DNA of 64,000 nucleotides from Eledone cirrhosa (lineage: Eukaryota). The translations under genes and the position numbers were made by a program. Location of the stretch: contig OZ024745.1 in assembly GCA_964016885.1 (NCBI GenBank), positions 46,872,001 to 46,936,000 on the forward strand, in the 5' to 3' direction. The notes beneath the pieces were generated by a model. It saw only the letters and a program-made list of their open reading frames with translations. It ran no database searches and was not told the origin of the DNA. Each line of letters begins with the position of its first letter. The stretch's first letter is position 1. Shown here piece after piece: positions 14,401 through 26,314 of the stretch.

Positions 14401-17400
14401 GTATTTTATTTGGGTGAACCGTATTTTATTTCGGTGCCCCGTCTATTATTTGGGTGCCCCGTTTTTTATTGGGGTGGGGTTCGTTTTTTATGGTGGAGTC
14501 CGTTTTTTATTTGGGTGCCCCGTTTTATGGGGGGGCGTATTTTATTTGGGTGCCCCGTTTTTATATGGGGGGTCCGTTTTTTATTTGGGTGCCCCGTCTT
14601 TTTATTTGGGTGCCCCGTTTTTTATTTGAGTGCCCCGTTTTTTAATTGGGTTCCCCGTTCTTTATTTGGTTGCCCCGTTCTTTATTAGGGTGCCCCGTTT
14701 TTTATTTGGGTGCCTCGTTTTTTTATTTGGGTGCCCCGTTTTTTATTTGGGTGCCCCGTTTTATGGGGGGGCGTATTTTATTTGGGTGCCCCGTTTTTAT
14801 ATGGGGGGTCCGTTTTTTATTTGGGTGCCCCGTCTTTTTATTTGGGTGCCCCGTTTTTTATTTGAGTGCCCCGTTTTTTAATTGGGTTCCCCGTTCTTTA
14901 TTTGGTTGCCCCGTTCTTTATTAGGGTGCCCCGTTTTTTATTTGGGTGCCTCGTTTTTTTATTTGGGTGACTCGTTTTTTATTTGGGTGCCCCGTTTTTT
15001 ATTTGGGTGCCCCGTTTTTTATTTGGGTGCCCCGTTATTTTATTTGGGTCCCTCGTTTTTTATTGGGTGGGGTCCGTTTTTTATTTGGGTGCCCCGTTTT
15101 AAAGGGTGGTCCGTTTTTTATTTGGGTTCCCCGTTCTTTATTTGGGTGCCCTGTTCTTTATTTGGGTGCCCCATCTTTTATTTGGTGCCCCGTTTTTTAT
15201 TTGGGTGCCCCGTTTTATGGGCGTGTTCCGTTTTTTATTTGGATGCCCCGTTTTTTATTTGGTGCCCCGTATTTAATTTGGGTACCCCGTACTTTTATTT
15301 GGGTGCCCCGTTTTATTATTTGGGTTCCCCGTTTTTAATTTGGGTGCTCCGTTTTTTTATTTGGATACCCGTTTTTTATTTGGGTGCACCGTATTTTATT
15401 TGGGTGAACCGTATTTTATTTGGGTGCCCCGTCTATTATTTGGGTGCCCCGTTTTTATTTGGGTGACCCGTTTTTTATTTTGATGCCCCGTTTTTTATGG
15501 AGGGGTCCGTTTTTTATTTGGGTGCCCCGTTTTTAATTTGGGTGCCCCGTTTTTTAATTGGGTTCCCCATTCTTTATTTGGGTGCCCTGTTCTTTATTTG
15601 GGTGCCCCGTTTTTTATTTGGGTGCCTCGTTTTTTATTTGGGTGCCACGTTTTTTATTTGGGTGCCCCGTTATTTTATTTGTGGCCCCGTTTTTTATTTG
15701 GGTGCCACGTTTGTTTTGGAGGGATCCATTTTATATTTGGGTGCCCCGTGTTTTTATTTGGGTGCCCCGTTTTTTATTTGGGTGCCCCGTTTTTTATTTG
15801 GGTGCCTCGTTTTTTTATTTGGGAGACTCGTTTTTTTTTTGGGTGCCTCATTTTTTTATTTGGGTGCCCCGTTTTTTATTTGGGTCCCTCGTTTTTTATT
15901 GGGTGGGGTCCGTTTTTTATTTGGGTGCCCCGTTTTAAAGGGTGGTCCGTTTTTTATTTGGATTCCCCGTTCTTTATTTGGGTGCCCTGTTCTTTATTTG
16001 GGTGCCCCGTCTTTTATTTGGTGCCCCGTTTTTTATTTGGATGCCTCGTTTTATGGGTGGGTTCCGTTTTTTATTTGGATGCCCCGTTTTTTATTTGGTG
16101 CCCCGTTTTTAATTTGGGTGCCCCGTTCTTTTATTTATGTGCGCGTTTTTTTATTTGGGTGACCCTTTTTGTTATTTGGGTGCACGTTTCTTATTCTGGT
16201 GCCCCCTTTTTTATTTGGGTGCCCCGTTTTTTATTTGGGTGCCCCGATTTTTCATGGGAGGTCTGTTTTTTATTTGGGTACCCCGTTTTTTTATGGGGGT
16301 CCGTTTTTTATTTGGATGCCCCGTTTTTTTATGGGCGGGTGGTTTTTTTATTTGGGTGCCTCGTTATTTATGGCGGGTCCGTTTTTCATTTGGGTGCCCC
16401 GTTTTTTATGATGGGTTCCGTTTTTTATTTGGGTGCCCCGTTTTTTATGGGGGGTCCATTTTTTTATTTGGGTGCCCCGTTTTAAAGGGTGGTCCGTTTT
16501 TTATTTGGGTTCCCCGTTCTTTATTTGGGTGCCCTGTTCTTTATTTGGGTGCCCCATCTTTTATTTGGTGCCCCGTTTTTTATTTGGGTGCCCCGTTTTA
16601 TGGGCGGGTTCCATTTTTTATTTGGATGCCCCGTTTTTTATTTGGTGCCCCGTTTTTAATTTGGGTACCCCGTACTTTTATTTGGGTGCCCCGTTTTATT
16701 ATTTGGGTTCCCCGTTTTTAATTTGGGTGCTCCGTTTTTTTATTTGGATGCCCGTTTTTTATTTGGGTGCACCGTATTTTATTTGGGTGAACCGTATTTT
16801 ATTTGGGTGCCCCGTCTATTATTTGGGTGCCCCGTTTTTATTTGGCTGACCCGTTTTTTATTTTGATGCCCCGTTTTTTATGGAGGGGTCCGTTTTTTAT
16901 TTGGGTGCCCCGTTTTTAATTTGGGTGCCCCGTCTTTTATTTGGGTGGCCGTTTTTTTATTTGGGTGCCCCGTTTTATTTGGGTGCCCCGTCTTTTATTT
17001 GGGTGCCCCGTTTTTTTTATTTGGGTGCCCCTTTTTTGTTTGGGTGCCCCGTTTTTTATTTAGGTGACCCATTATTTTATTTGGGCCCATGTTTTTATTT
17101 GGGTGCCCCGTTTTTTTATGGGGGGTCCATTTTTTATTTGGGTGCCCCGTGTTTTTTTGGGGTGCCCCGTTTTTTATTTGGGTGCCTCGTTTTTTATTTG
17201 GGTGCCACGTTTTTTATTTGGGTGCCCCGTTATTATATTTGTGGCCCCGTTTTTTATTTGGGTGCCACGTTTGTTTTGGAGGGATCCATTTTTTATTTGG
17301 GTGCCCCGTGTTTTTATTTGGGTGCCCCGTTTTTTATTTGGGTGCCCCGTTTTTTATTTGGGTGCCTCGTTTTTTTATTTGGGTGACTCGTTTTTTTTTG

Positions 17401-19638
17401 GGTGCTCCGTTATTTTATTTGTGTGCCCCGTTTTTTATTTGGGTACCTCGTTTTTTATTGGGTGGGGTCCGTTTTTTATTTGGGTGCCCCGTTTTAAAGG
17501 GTGGTCCGTTTTTTATTTGGGTTCTTTATTTGGGTGCCCTGTTCTTTATTTGGGTGCCCCGTCTTTTATTCGGTGCCCCGTTTTTTATTTGGGTGCCTCG
17601 TTTTATGGGCGGGTTCCGTTTTTTATTTGGATGCCCCGTTTTTTATTTGGTGCCCCGTTTTTAATTTGGGTGCCCCGTTCTTTTATTTATGTGCGCGTTT
17701 TTTTATTTGGGTGACCCGTTTTTTTATTTGGGTGCACGTTTCTTATTTTGGTGCCCCTTTTTTATTTGGGTGCCCCGTTTTTTATTTGGGTGCCCCGATT
17801 TTTCATGGGAGGTCTGTTTTTTATTTGGATGCCCCGTTTTTTTATGGGCGGGTCTTTTTTTATTTGGGTGCCTCGTTATTTATGGCGGGTCCGTTTTTCA
17901 TTTGGGTGCCCTGTTTTTTATGGTGGGTTCCGTTTTTTATTTGGGTGCCCCGTTTTTTTATGGGGGGTCCATTTTTTTATTTGGGTTCCACTTTTTTTTT
18001 TTGGAGCCCGGTTTTTTTATGGGGGGTCCGTTTTTTATTTGGGTGCCACGTTCTTTTATGGGAGGGTCTGTTTTTTATTTGGGTGTCCCGTCCTTTATTT
18101 GGGTGCCCCGTTTTTTATTTGGGTGCTCGGTTTTTTTATTAAGGTACCACGTTTTTTATGGGGTGGGTTCAGTTTTTTTATAAGGGGTCCGTTCTTTATT
18201 TGGGTGCCCCGTTTTAAAGGTTGGTCCGTTTTTTATTTGGGTGCCCCGTTTTTTAATTGGGTTCCCCATTCTTTATTTGGGTTGCCCTGTTCTTTATTTG
18301 GGTGCCCCGTTTTTATTTGCGTGCTCCGTTTTTTTATCTGGGTGCCCCGTTTTTTATGGGGGGTTCCGTCTTTTGTTTGGGTGCCCCGTTTTTTATTTGG
18401 GTGCCCCGTTTTATTATTTGGGTTCCCCGTTTTTAATTTGGGTGTTCCGTTTTTTTATTTGGATGCCCGTTTTTTATTTGGGTGCACCGTATTTTATTTG
18501 GGTGAACCGTATTTTATTTCGGTGCCCCGTCTATTATTTGGGTGCCCCGTTTTTTATTGGGGTGGGGTTCGTTTTTTATGGTGGAATCCGTTTTTTATTT
18601 GGGTGCCCCGTTTTATGGGGGGGCGTATTTTATTTGGGTGCCCCGTTTTTATATGGGGGGTCCGTTTTTTATTTGGGTGCCCCGTCTTTTTATTTGGGTG
18701 CCCCGTTTTTTATTTGAGTGCCCCGTTTTTTAATTGGGTTCCCCGTTCTTTATTTGGTTGCCCCGTTCTTTATTAGGGTGCCCCGTTTTTTATTTGGGTG
18801 CCTCGTTTTTTTATTTGGGTGCCCCGTTTTTTATTTGGGTGCCCCGTTTTATGGGGGGGCGTATTTTATTTGGGTGCCCCGTTTTTATATGGGGGGTCCG
18901 TTTTTCATTTGGGTGCCCCGTCTTTTTATTTGGGTGCCCCGTTTTTTATTTGAGTGCCCCGTTTTTTAATTGGGTTCCCCGTTCTTTATTTGGTTGCCCC
19001 GTTCTTTATTAGGGTGCCCCGTTTTTTATTTGGGTGCCTCGTTTTTTTATTTGGGTGACTCGTTTTTTATTTGGGTGCCCCGTTTTTTATTTGGGTGCCC
19101 CGTTTTTTATTTGGGTGCCCCGTTATTTTATTTGGGTCCCTCGTTTTTTATTGGGTGGGGTCCGTTTTTTATTTGGGTGCCCCGTTTTAAAGGGTGGTCC
19201 GTTTTTTATTTGGGTTCCCCGTTCTTTATTTGGGTGCCCTGTTCTTTATTTGGGTGCCCCATCTTTTATTTGGTGCCCCGTTTTTTATTTGGGTGCCCCG
19301 TTTTATGGGCGTGTTCCGTTTTTTATTTGGATGCCCCGTTTTTTATCTGGTGCCCCGTATTTAATTTGGGTACCCCGTACTTTTATTTGGGTGCCCCGTT
19401 TTATTATTTGGGTTCCCCGTTTTTAATTTGGGTGCTCCGTTTTTTTATTTGGATACCCGTTTTTTATTTGGGTGCACCGTATTTTATTTGGGTGAACCGT
19501 ATTTTATTTGGGTGCCCCGTCTATTATTTGGGTGCCCCGTTTTTATTTGGGTGACCCGTTTTTTATTTTGATGCCCCGTTTTTTATGGAGGGGTCCGTTT
19601 TTTATTTGGGTGCCCCGTTTTTAATTTGGGTGCCCCGT
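11450..19638 (+). repeat. Near-identical 4088-bp tandem duplication (~11450-15537 and ~15538-19625)
   Basis: ORF-track twins lie at constant offset 4088: 12049/16137, 12792/16880, 13413/17501, 14153/18241, 14882/18970 and 15497/19585. GGATCC matches at 13194/17282. Confidence 0.95.
14500..14965 (+). repeat. 236-bp local tandem duplication (also present at ~18588-19053 in the 4088-bp copy)
   Basis: The module ATGGGGGGGCGTATT..TTGAGTGCC..ATTAGGGTGCC occurs twice. ORF starts are 14646/14882 and 18734/18970. The module is single-copy in the homologous 6650-6870 segment. Confidence 0.9.
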
Positions 19639-19989
19639 CTTTTATTTGGGTGCCCCATATTTTTATTTGGGTGCCCCTTTTTTGTTTGGGTGCCCCGTTT
19701 TTTTATTTGGGTGCCCCGTTTTTTATTTGGGTGCCCCGTTTTTTATTTGGGTCCCTCGTTTTTTATTGGGTGGGGTCCGTTTTTTATTTGGGTGCCCCGT
19801 TTTAAAGGGTGGTCCGTTTTTTATTTGGGTTCCCCGTTCTTTATTTGGGTGCCCTGTTCTTTATTTGGGTGCCCCATCTTTTATTTGGTGCCCCGTTTTT
19901 TATTTGGGTGCCCCGTTTTATGGGCGGGTTCCGTTTTTTATTTGGATGACCCGTTTTTTATTTGGTGCCCCGTTTTTAATTTGGGTACC

Positions 19990-21350
19990 CCGTACTTTTA
20001 TTTGGGTGCGCGTTTTTTTATTTGGGTGCACGTTTTTTTATTTGGGTGCACGTTTTTTATTTTGGTGCCCCTTTTTTTATTTGGGTGCCCAGTTTTTTAT
20101 TGGGGGTGGGTCCGTTTCTTATTTGGGCGTCCCGTTTTTCTATTTGGGTGCCCCTTTATTATTTGGGTGCCCCGTCTTTTATCTGGGTGCCCGGTTTTTT
20201 TTTAGGGTGCCCGTCTTTTATCGGGGGTCCGTTTTTTATTTGGGTGACCCGTTTTTTAATTTAGGTGCCCTGTTTTTATTTGGGTGCCCCGTTTTTTATG
20301 GGGGTTCCGTTTCTAATTTGGGTGGCCGGTTTTTTATTTGGGTGACCAGTTATATTATTTGAGTGCCCCGTTTTTTTTATTGGGCTCCGTTTTTTTATGG
20401 GGGGTCCGTTTTTTATTTGGGTGCCCCGTTATTTATGGGGTCCGTTTTTTTATGGGGTGTCCATTTTTTATTTGGGTGCCCCGTTTTTTATGGGGTCCGT
20501 TTTTTTATGGGGTGTCAAATTTTTTTTTGGGTGCCCCGTTTTTTATGTAGGTTCCTTTTTTTATTTGGGTGGTCGGTTTTAATGGGCGGGGTCCGTTTTT
20601 TATTTGGGCGCATCGTTCTTTTATGGGGTGGTTGTTTGGGTTCCCCGTTTTTTATTTGGGTGCCCCGGTTTTGATTTGGGTGCCCCGTCTTTTATTTGGG
20701 TGTCCCGTTTTTTTATTTAGGTGCCCCTTTTTTATTTGGGTGCCCCGTCTTTTATTTGGGTGCCCCGTTTTTTTAATTTGGGTGCCCCTTTTTATTTGGG
20801 TGCACAGGTTTTTATTTGAGTGCCCCTTTTTTTATTTGGGTGCCCTTTTTTTAAGGGAGGGCGTCCGTTTTTTATTTGGACGCCCCAATTCTTATTTGGG
20901 TGCCCCGTTTCTTATTTGGCTGCTCCGTTTTTTTATTTGGTTGCTCCGTTTTTTTATTTCGGTGCCGGTCTTTTATTGAGGGTTGGTCCGTTTTTTATTT
21001 GGGTGCCCGTTTTTTATGAGGGGGGGGGTCCGTTTGTTATTTTGTTCCGCGTTCTTTATTTGGATGCCACGTTTTTTTGTTGGGGGGGTCCGTTTTTCGT
21101 TTGGGTGCCGCTTTTTTGTTATTTGGACGCCCCGATTTTTATCTGGTGCCCCGTTTTTTATTTGGGTGCCCCGTTTTTTTTTTGGGTGCCCGTTTTTTAT
21201 GGGAGGCTCCGTTTTTTATTTGGGTTCCGCGTTCTTTATTTGGGTGCCCCGTTATTTTATTTGGCTGCCCGTTTTTTATTGGGGGGGGTCTTTTTTATTT
21301 GGGTGCCCCGTCTTTTATTTGGGTGCTCTTTTTTTAATTGGGTTCCCCGT
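19990..21350 (+). repeat. Degenerate junction zone between domains 1 and 2
   Basis: This zone has the highest density of one-off variants seen, e.g. GACCAGTTATATT 20344, GTGTCAAAT 20512, ATGTAGGTTCC 20545, GCGCATCG 20608 and GGACGCCCCAATTC 20878. The 20-bp register persists. Confidence 0.8.
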
Positions 21351-24300
21351 TTTTATTTGGGTGCCACTTTTTTTTATTTGCGTGCTCCGTTTTTTATTTG
21401 GGTGCCCCGTTTTTTATTTGGGTGCACCGTTTTTTTATGGGGGGTCCATTTTTTATTTGGGTGCCCCGTTTTTTATTTGGGTGCTCCGGTTTTTTTATGG
21501 GGCGGGTCCGTTTTTTATTTGGGTGCCCCGTTTTTTATTTGGGTGCACCGTTTTTTTATGGGTGGGGTCCGTTTTTTATTTGGGTGTCCCGTTTTTTATT
21601 TGGGTGCCCCGTTTTTTTATAGGGGGTCCGTTTTTTATTTGGGTACCCCGTTTTTTTAGGGGGGGGTCCGTTTTTTATTTGGGTACCCCGTTTTTTTATG
21701 GGGGGTCCATTTTTGATGTGGGTGCCCCGTGTTTTTATTTGGGTGCCCCGTTTTTTTATTTGAGCACCCCGTTTTTTAATTGGGTTCCCCGTTTTTTATG
21801 GGGGGTTCCGTTTTTTTATGGGGGGGTCCGTTTTTTATTTGGGTGCCCCGTTTTTTATTTGGGTGCACCGTTATTTTATGGGGGGTCCGTTTTTATTTGG
21901 GTGCCCCGTTTTTTATTTGGGTGCCCCGGTTTTTTTATGGGGCGGGTCCGTTTTTTATTTGGGTGCCCCGTTTTTTATTTGGGTGCACCGTTTTTTTATG
22001 GGTGGGGTCCGTTTTTTATTTGGGTGTCCCGTTTTTTATTTGGGTGCCCCGTTTTTTTATAGGGGGGTACGTTTTTTTATTTGGGTACCCCGTTTTTTTT
22101 AGGAGGGGTCCGTTTTTTATTTGGGTACCCCGTTTTTTATTTGGGTGCCCCGTTTTTTTATGGGGGGGTCCGTTTTTTATTTAGGTGCCCCGTTTTTTTA
22201 AGGAGGGGTCCGTTTTTTATTTGGGTGCCCCGTTTTTTTATGGGGGGGGTACGTTTTTTATTTGCGTGCCCCGTTCTTTTATGGGAGGGGGTCCGTTTTT
22301 TATTTGGGTGACCCGTTTTTTATTTGGGTGCCCGGTTTTTTTATAGGGGGGGGGGGGGCCGTTTTTTTATGTGGTGTCCGTTTTTATTTGCGTGCCCCGT
22401 TCTTTTATGGGAGGGGGTCCGTTTTTTATTTGGGTGACCCGTTTTTTATTTGGGTGCCCGGTTTTTTTTATAGGGGGGGGCCCGTTTTTTTATGGGGTGT
22501 CCGTTTTTATTTGTGTGCCCCGTTTTTTTATTGGGGGGGTCCGTTTTTTATTTGGGTGCCCCGTTTTTATGGGGGGTTCCGTTCTTTATTTGGGTGCCCC
22601 GTTTTTTATTTGGGTGCCCCGTTTTTTATTTGGGTGCCCCGTTTTATATTTGGGTGCCCGATTTTTTATAGGGGGGGTCCGTTTTTATTTGGGTGCCCCG
22701 TCTCATTGAGGGGTCCGTTTTTTATTTGTGTACCCCGTTTCTTTATGAGGGTGACCCTTTTTTTTATGGTGGGGGTCCTTTTTTCTATTTGGGTGCCCCG
22801 TTTTTTATGGGGGGGGTCCGTTTTTTATTTGGGTGCCCCGTTTTTTTATGCGGGGGTTCCGTTTTTTATTTGAGTACCCCGTCTTTTATTTGGGTGCCTC
22901 GTTTTTTTATGGGGGGGTCCTTTTTTATTTGGGTGCCCCGTTTTTTTATGGGGGGTCCGTTTTTTATTTGGGTGTCCCGTACTTTATTTGGGTGCCCCGT
23001 TTTTTATAGGGGGGGGGGTCCGTTTTTTATTTGGGAAACCCCGTTTTTTATTTGGGTGCCCCGTTTTTTTATGGGGGGGTCCGTTTTTTATTTGGGTGCC
23101 CCGTTTTTTTATGGGGGGGTCCTTTTTTTATTTAGGTGCCCCGTTTTTTTATGGGGGGGGGTCCGTTTTTTATTTGGGTTCGCCGTTTTTTTATGGGGGG
23201 GGGTACGTTTTTTATTTGGGTGCCCCGTTCTTTTATGGGAGGGGGTCCGTTTTTTATTTAGGTGCCCCTTTTTATTTGGGTGCCCCGTTTTTTTAATTTG
23301 GGTGCCCCTTTTTATTTGGGTGCACAGGTTTTTATTTGAGTGCCCCTTTTTTTATTTGGGTGCCCTTTTTTTAAGGGAGGGCGTCCGTTTTTTATTTGGA
23401 CGCCCCAATTTTTATTTGGGTGCCCCGTTTCTTATTTGGCTGCTCTGTTTTTTTATTTCGGTGCCGGTCTTTTATTGAGGGTTGGTCCGTTTTTTATTTG
23501 GGTGCCCGTTGTTTATGGGGGGGGGGGGCGGGGTCCGTTTGTTATTTTGTTCCGCGTTCTTTATTTGGATGCCACGTTTTTTTGTTTGGGTGCCGCTTTT
23601 TTGTTATTTGGACGCCCCGATTTTTATCTGGTGCACCGTTTTTTATTTGGGTGCCCCGTTTTTTTTTTTGGGTGCCCGTTTTTTATGGGAGGCTCCGTTT
23701 TTTATTTGGGTTCCGCGTTCTTTATTTGGGTGCCCCGTTATTTTATTTGGCTGCCCGTTTTTTATTGGGGGGGTCTTTTTTATTTGGGTGCCCCGTCTTT
23801 TATTTGGGTGCTCCTTTTTTATTTGGGTTCCCCGTTTCTTTTCTGGGTTCACCGTTTTTTATTTGGGTTCCCCTTTTTTTATTTGGGTGCCCGTTTTTTA
23901 AGGGAGGGGGTCGGTTTTTCATTTGGGTGCCCCGTCCTTTATTTGGGTGCCCCGTTTTTTATTTGGGTGCTCTGTTTTCTTATTTGGGTGCCACGTTTTT
24001 TATGGGTTGGGTCAGTTTTTTTATGAGGGTGCGTTTTTTACTTGGGTGCCCCGTTTTAAAGGTTGGTCCGTTTTTTATTCGTGTGCCCCGTTTTTTAATT
24101 GGGTTCCCCGTTTTTTATTTGGGTGCCACTTTTTTTTATTTGCGTGCTCCGTTTTTTATTTGGGTGCCCCGTTTTTTTTATGGGGGGTCCGTTTTTTATT
24201 TGGGTGCCCCGTTTTTTATGGGGGGTTCCATTTTTGATTTGGGTGCCCCGTGTTTTTATTTGGGTGCCCAGTTTATTATTTGAGTACCCCGTTTTTTAAT

Positions 24301-25950
24301 TGGGTTCCCCGTTTTTTATGGGGGGTCCGTTTTTTTATGGGGGGGTCCGTTTTTTATTTGGGTGCCCCGTTTTTTATTTGGGTGCACCGTTTTTTTATGG
24401 GGGGTCCATTTTTGATTTGGGTGCCCCGTGTTTTTATTTGGGTGCCCCGTTTTTTATTTGAGTACCCCGTTTTTTAATTGGGTTCCCCGTTTTTTATGGG
24501 GGGTCGGTTTTTTTATGGGGGGGTCCGTTTTTTATTTGGGTGCCCCGTTTTTTATTTGGGTGCACCGTTTTTTTATGGGGGGGTCCATTTTTTATTTGGG
24601 TGCCCCGTTTTTTATTTGGGTGCTCCGGTGTTTTTATGGGGCGGGTCCGTTTTTTATTTGGGTGCCCCGTTTTTTATTTGGGTGCACCGTTTTTTTATGG
24701 GTGGGGTCCGTTTTTTATTTGGGTGTCCCGTTTTTTATTTGGGTGCCCCGTTTTTTTATAGGTCCGTTTTTTATTTGGGTACCCCGTTTTTTTAGGGGGG
24801 GGGGGTCCGTTTTTTATTTGGGTGCACCGTTTTTTTATGGGGGGGTCCATTTTTGATGTGGGTGCCCCGTGTTTTTATTTGGGTGCCCCGTTTTTTTATT
24901 TGAGTACCCCGGTTTTTAATTGGGTTCACCGTATTTTATGGGGCGTTCCGTTTTTTTATGGGGTGGTCCGTTTTTTATTTGGGTGCCCCGTTTTTTATTT
25001 GGGTGCACCGTTTTTTATGGGGGTCCGTTTTTTATTTGGGTGCCCCGTTTTTTATTTGGGTGCCCCGTTTTTTTATAAGGGGGTCCGTTTTTTATTTGGG
25101 TACCCCGTTTTTTTTAGGAGGGGGTCCGTTTTTTATTTGGGTACCCCGTTTTTTATTTGGGTGCCCCGTTTTTTTATGGGGGGGTCCGTTTTTTATTTAG
25201 GTGCCCCGTTTTTTTAAGGCGGGGGTCCGTTTTTTATTTGGGTGCCCCGTTTTTTTATGGGGGGGGGTACGTTTTTTATTTGGGTGCCCCGCTATTTTAT
25301 GGGGGGTTCCGTTTTTTATTTGGGTGCCCCGTTTTTTATTTGGGTGCCACACTTTTTATTTGGGTGCCCCGTTTTTTATTTGGGTGCCCAATTTTTTATA
25401 GGGGGGGTCCGTTTTTATTTGTGTACCCCGTTTCTTTATGAGGGTGACCCGTTTTTTTATGGGGGGGGGGTCCTTTTTTCTATTTGGGTGCCCCGTTTTT
25501 TATGGGGGGGTCCGTTTTTTATTTGGGTGCCCCGTTTTTTTATGCGGGGGGGTCCGTTTTTTATTTGAGTACCCCGTCTTTATTTGGGTGCCCCGTTTTT
25601 TTATGGGGGGTCCTTTTTTACTTGGGTGCCCCGTTTTTTTATGGGGGGTCCGTTTTTTATTTGGGTGTCCCGTTGTTTATTTGGGTGCCCCGTTTTTTAT
25701 AGGGGGGGGTCCGTTTTTTATTTGGGAAACCCCGTTTTTTATTTGGGTGCCCCGTTTTTTTATGGGGGGGTGCGTTTTTTATTTGGGTGCCCCGTTTTTT
25801 TATGGGGGGGTCCTTTTTTTATATAGGTGCCCCGTTTTTTTATGGGGGGGTCCGTTTTTTATTTGGGTGCCCCGTTTTTTTATGGGGGGGTGGGTACGTT
25901 TTTTATTTGGGTGCCCCGTTCTTTTATGGGAGGGGGTCCGTTTTTTATTT
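20735..25950 (+). repeat. Older ~2.5-2.7 kb tandem duplication (~20735-23255 and ~23255-25950)
   Basis: 20761-20880 is identical to 23281-23400 (offset 2520, including GTGCACAGG and TTAAGGGAGGGCGTCC). TTGGGAAACCCCG occurs at ~23031 and ~25722. TTTTGATGTGGG occurs at ~21711 and ~24852. Indels change the offset along the pair. Confidence 0.85.
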
Positions 25951-26293
25951 GGGTGACCCGTTTTTTATTTGGGTGCCCGGTTTTTTTATAGGGGGGGTCC
26001 GTTTTTTATTTGGGTGCCCCGTTTTTTTATGGGGGTCCATTTTTTATTTGGGTGCCCCGTGTTTTTTTTGGGTGCCCCGTTTTTTATTTGGGCGCCCCGT
26101 TTTTTTATGGGGGGTTGCGTTTTTTATTTGGGTGCCCCGTTTATTATTTGGGTGCCCCGTTTTTTATTTGGGTGCACCGTTTTTTATTTGGGTGCCCCGT
26201 TTTTTATTTGGGTGCCCCGTTTTTATATTGGGGGTGGGGTCCGTTTTTTATTTGGGTGTCCCGTTTTTTATTTGGGTGCCACGTTTTTTATGC

Positions 26294-26314
26294 GGGGGGG
26301 GGGGGGGGGGGGGG
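26294..26314 (+). repeat. Poly-G homopolymer (21 G) in an expanded B monomer
   Basis: Counted directly. Homopolymer length may be affected by sequencing error. Confidence 0.85.

Larger units (their letters stand above)
1..15530 (+). repeat. Large tandem duplication: 1-7537 repeated from 7538 (offset 7537, then 8297, 7797, 7858 and 8093 after indels)
   Basis: The window start TATTTCGGTGCTCCG..TTTGGTTGACCCG recurs at 7538. ORF-track twins are 1231/8768, 1709/9246, 2445/9982, 4252/12049, 5179/12976, 6295/14153 and 6789/14882. Confidence 0.93.
1..19990 (+). repeat. Domain 1: A-monomer-dominated satellite with a ~2.2-2.7 kb higher-order unit and many internally deleted derivatives
   Basis: Ordered private variants recur. 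The marker GATGCCCCG..ATGGAGGGGTCC begins at 87, 2310, 3498, 4980, 7388, 7624, 9847, 12777, 15482, 16865 and 19570. GGATCC occurs at 505, 3837, 5396, 8043, 10265, 11635, 13194, 15722 and 17282. TTTAAAGGGTGG, TTTAAAGGTTGG, TAGGTGA and GGTGAACCG also recur in the same order. Confidence 0.92.

Noticed and set aside
19990-21350. Possible transposon or unique-sequence insertion at the domain seam
   Set aside because: The sequence still parses into degenerate ~20-bp monomers, with no terminal repeats, target-site duplication or foreign sequence.
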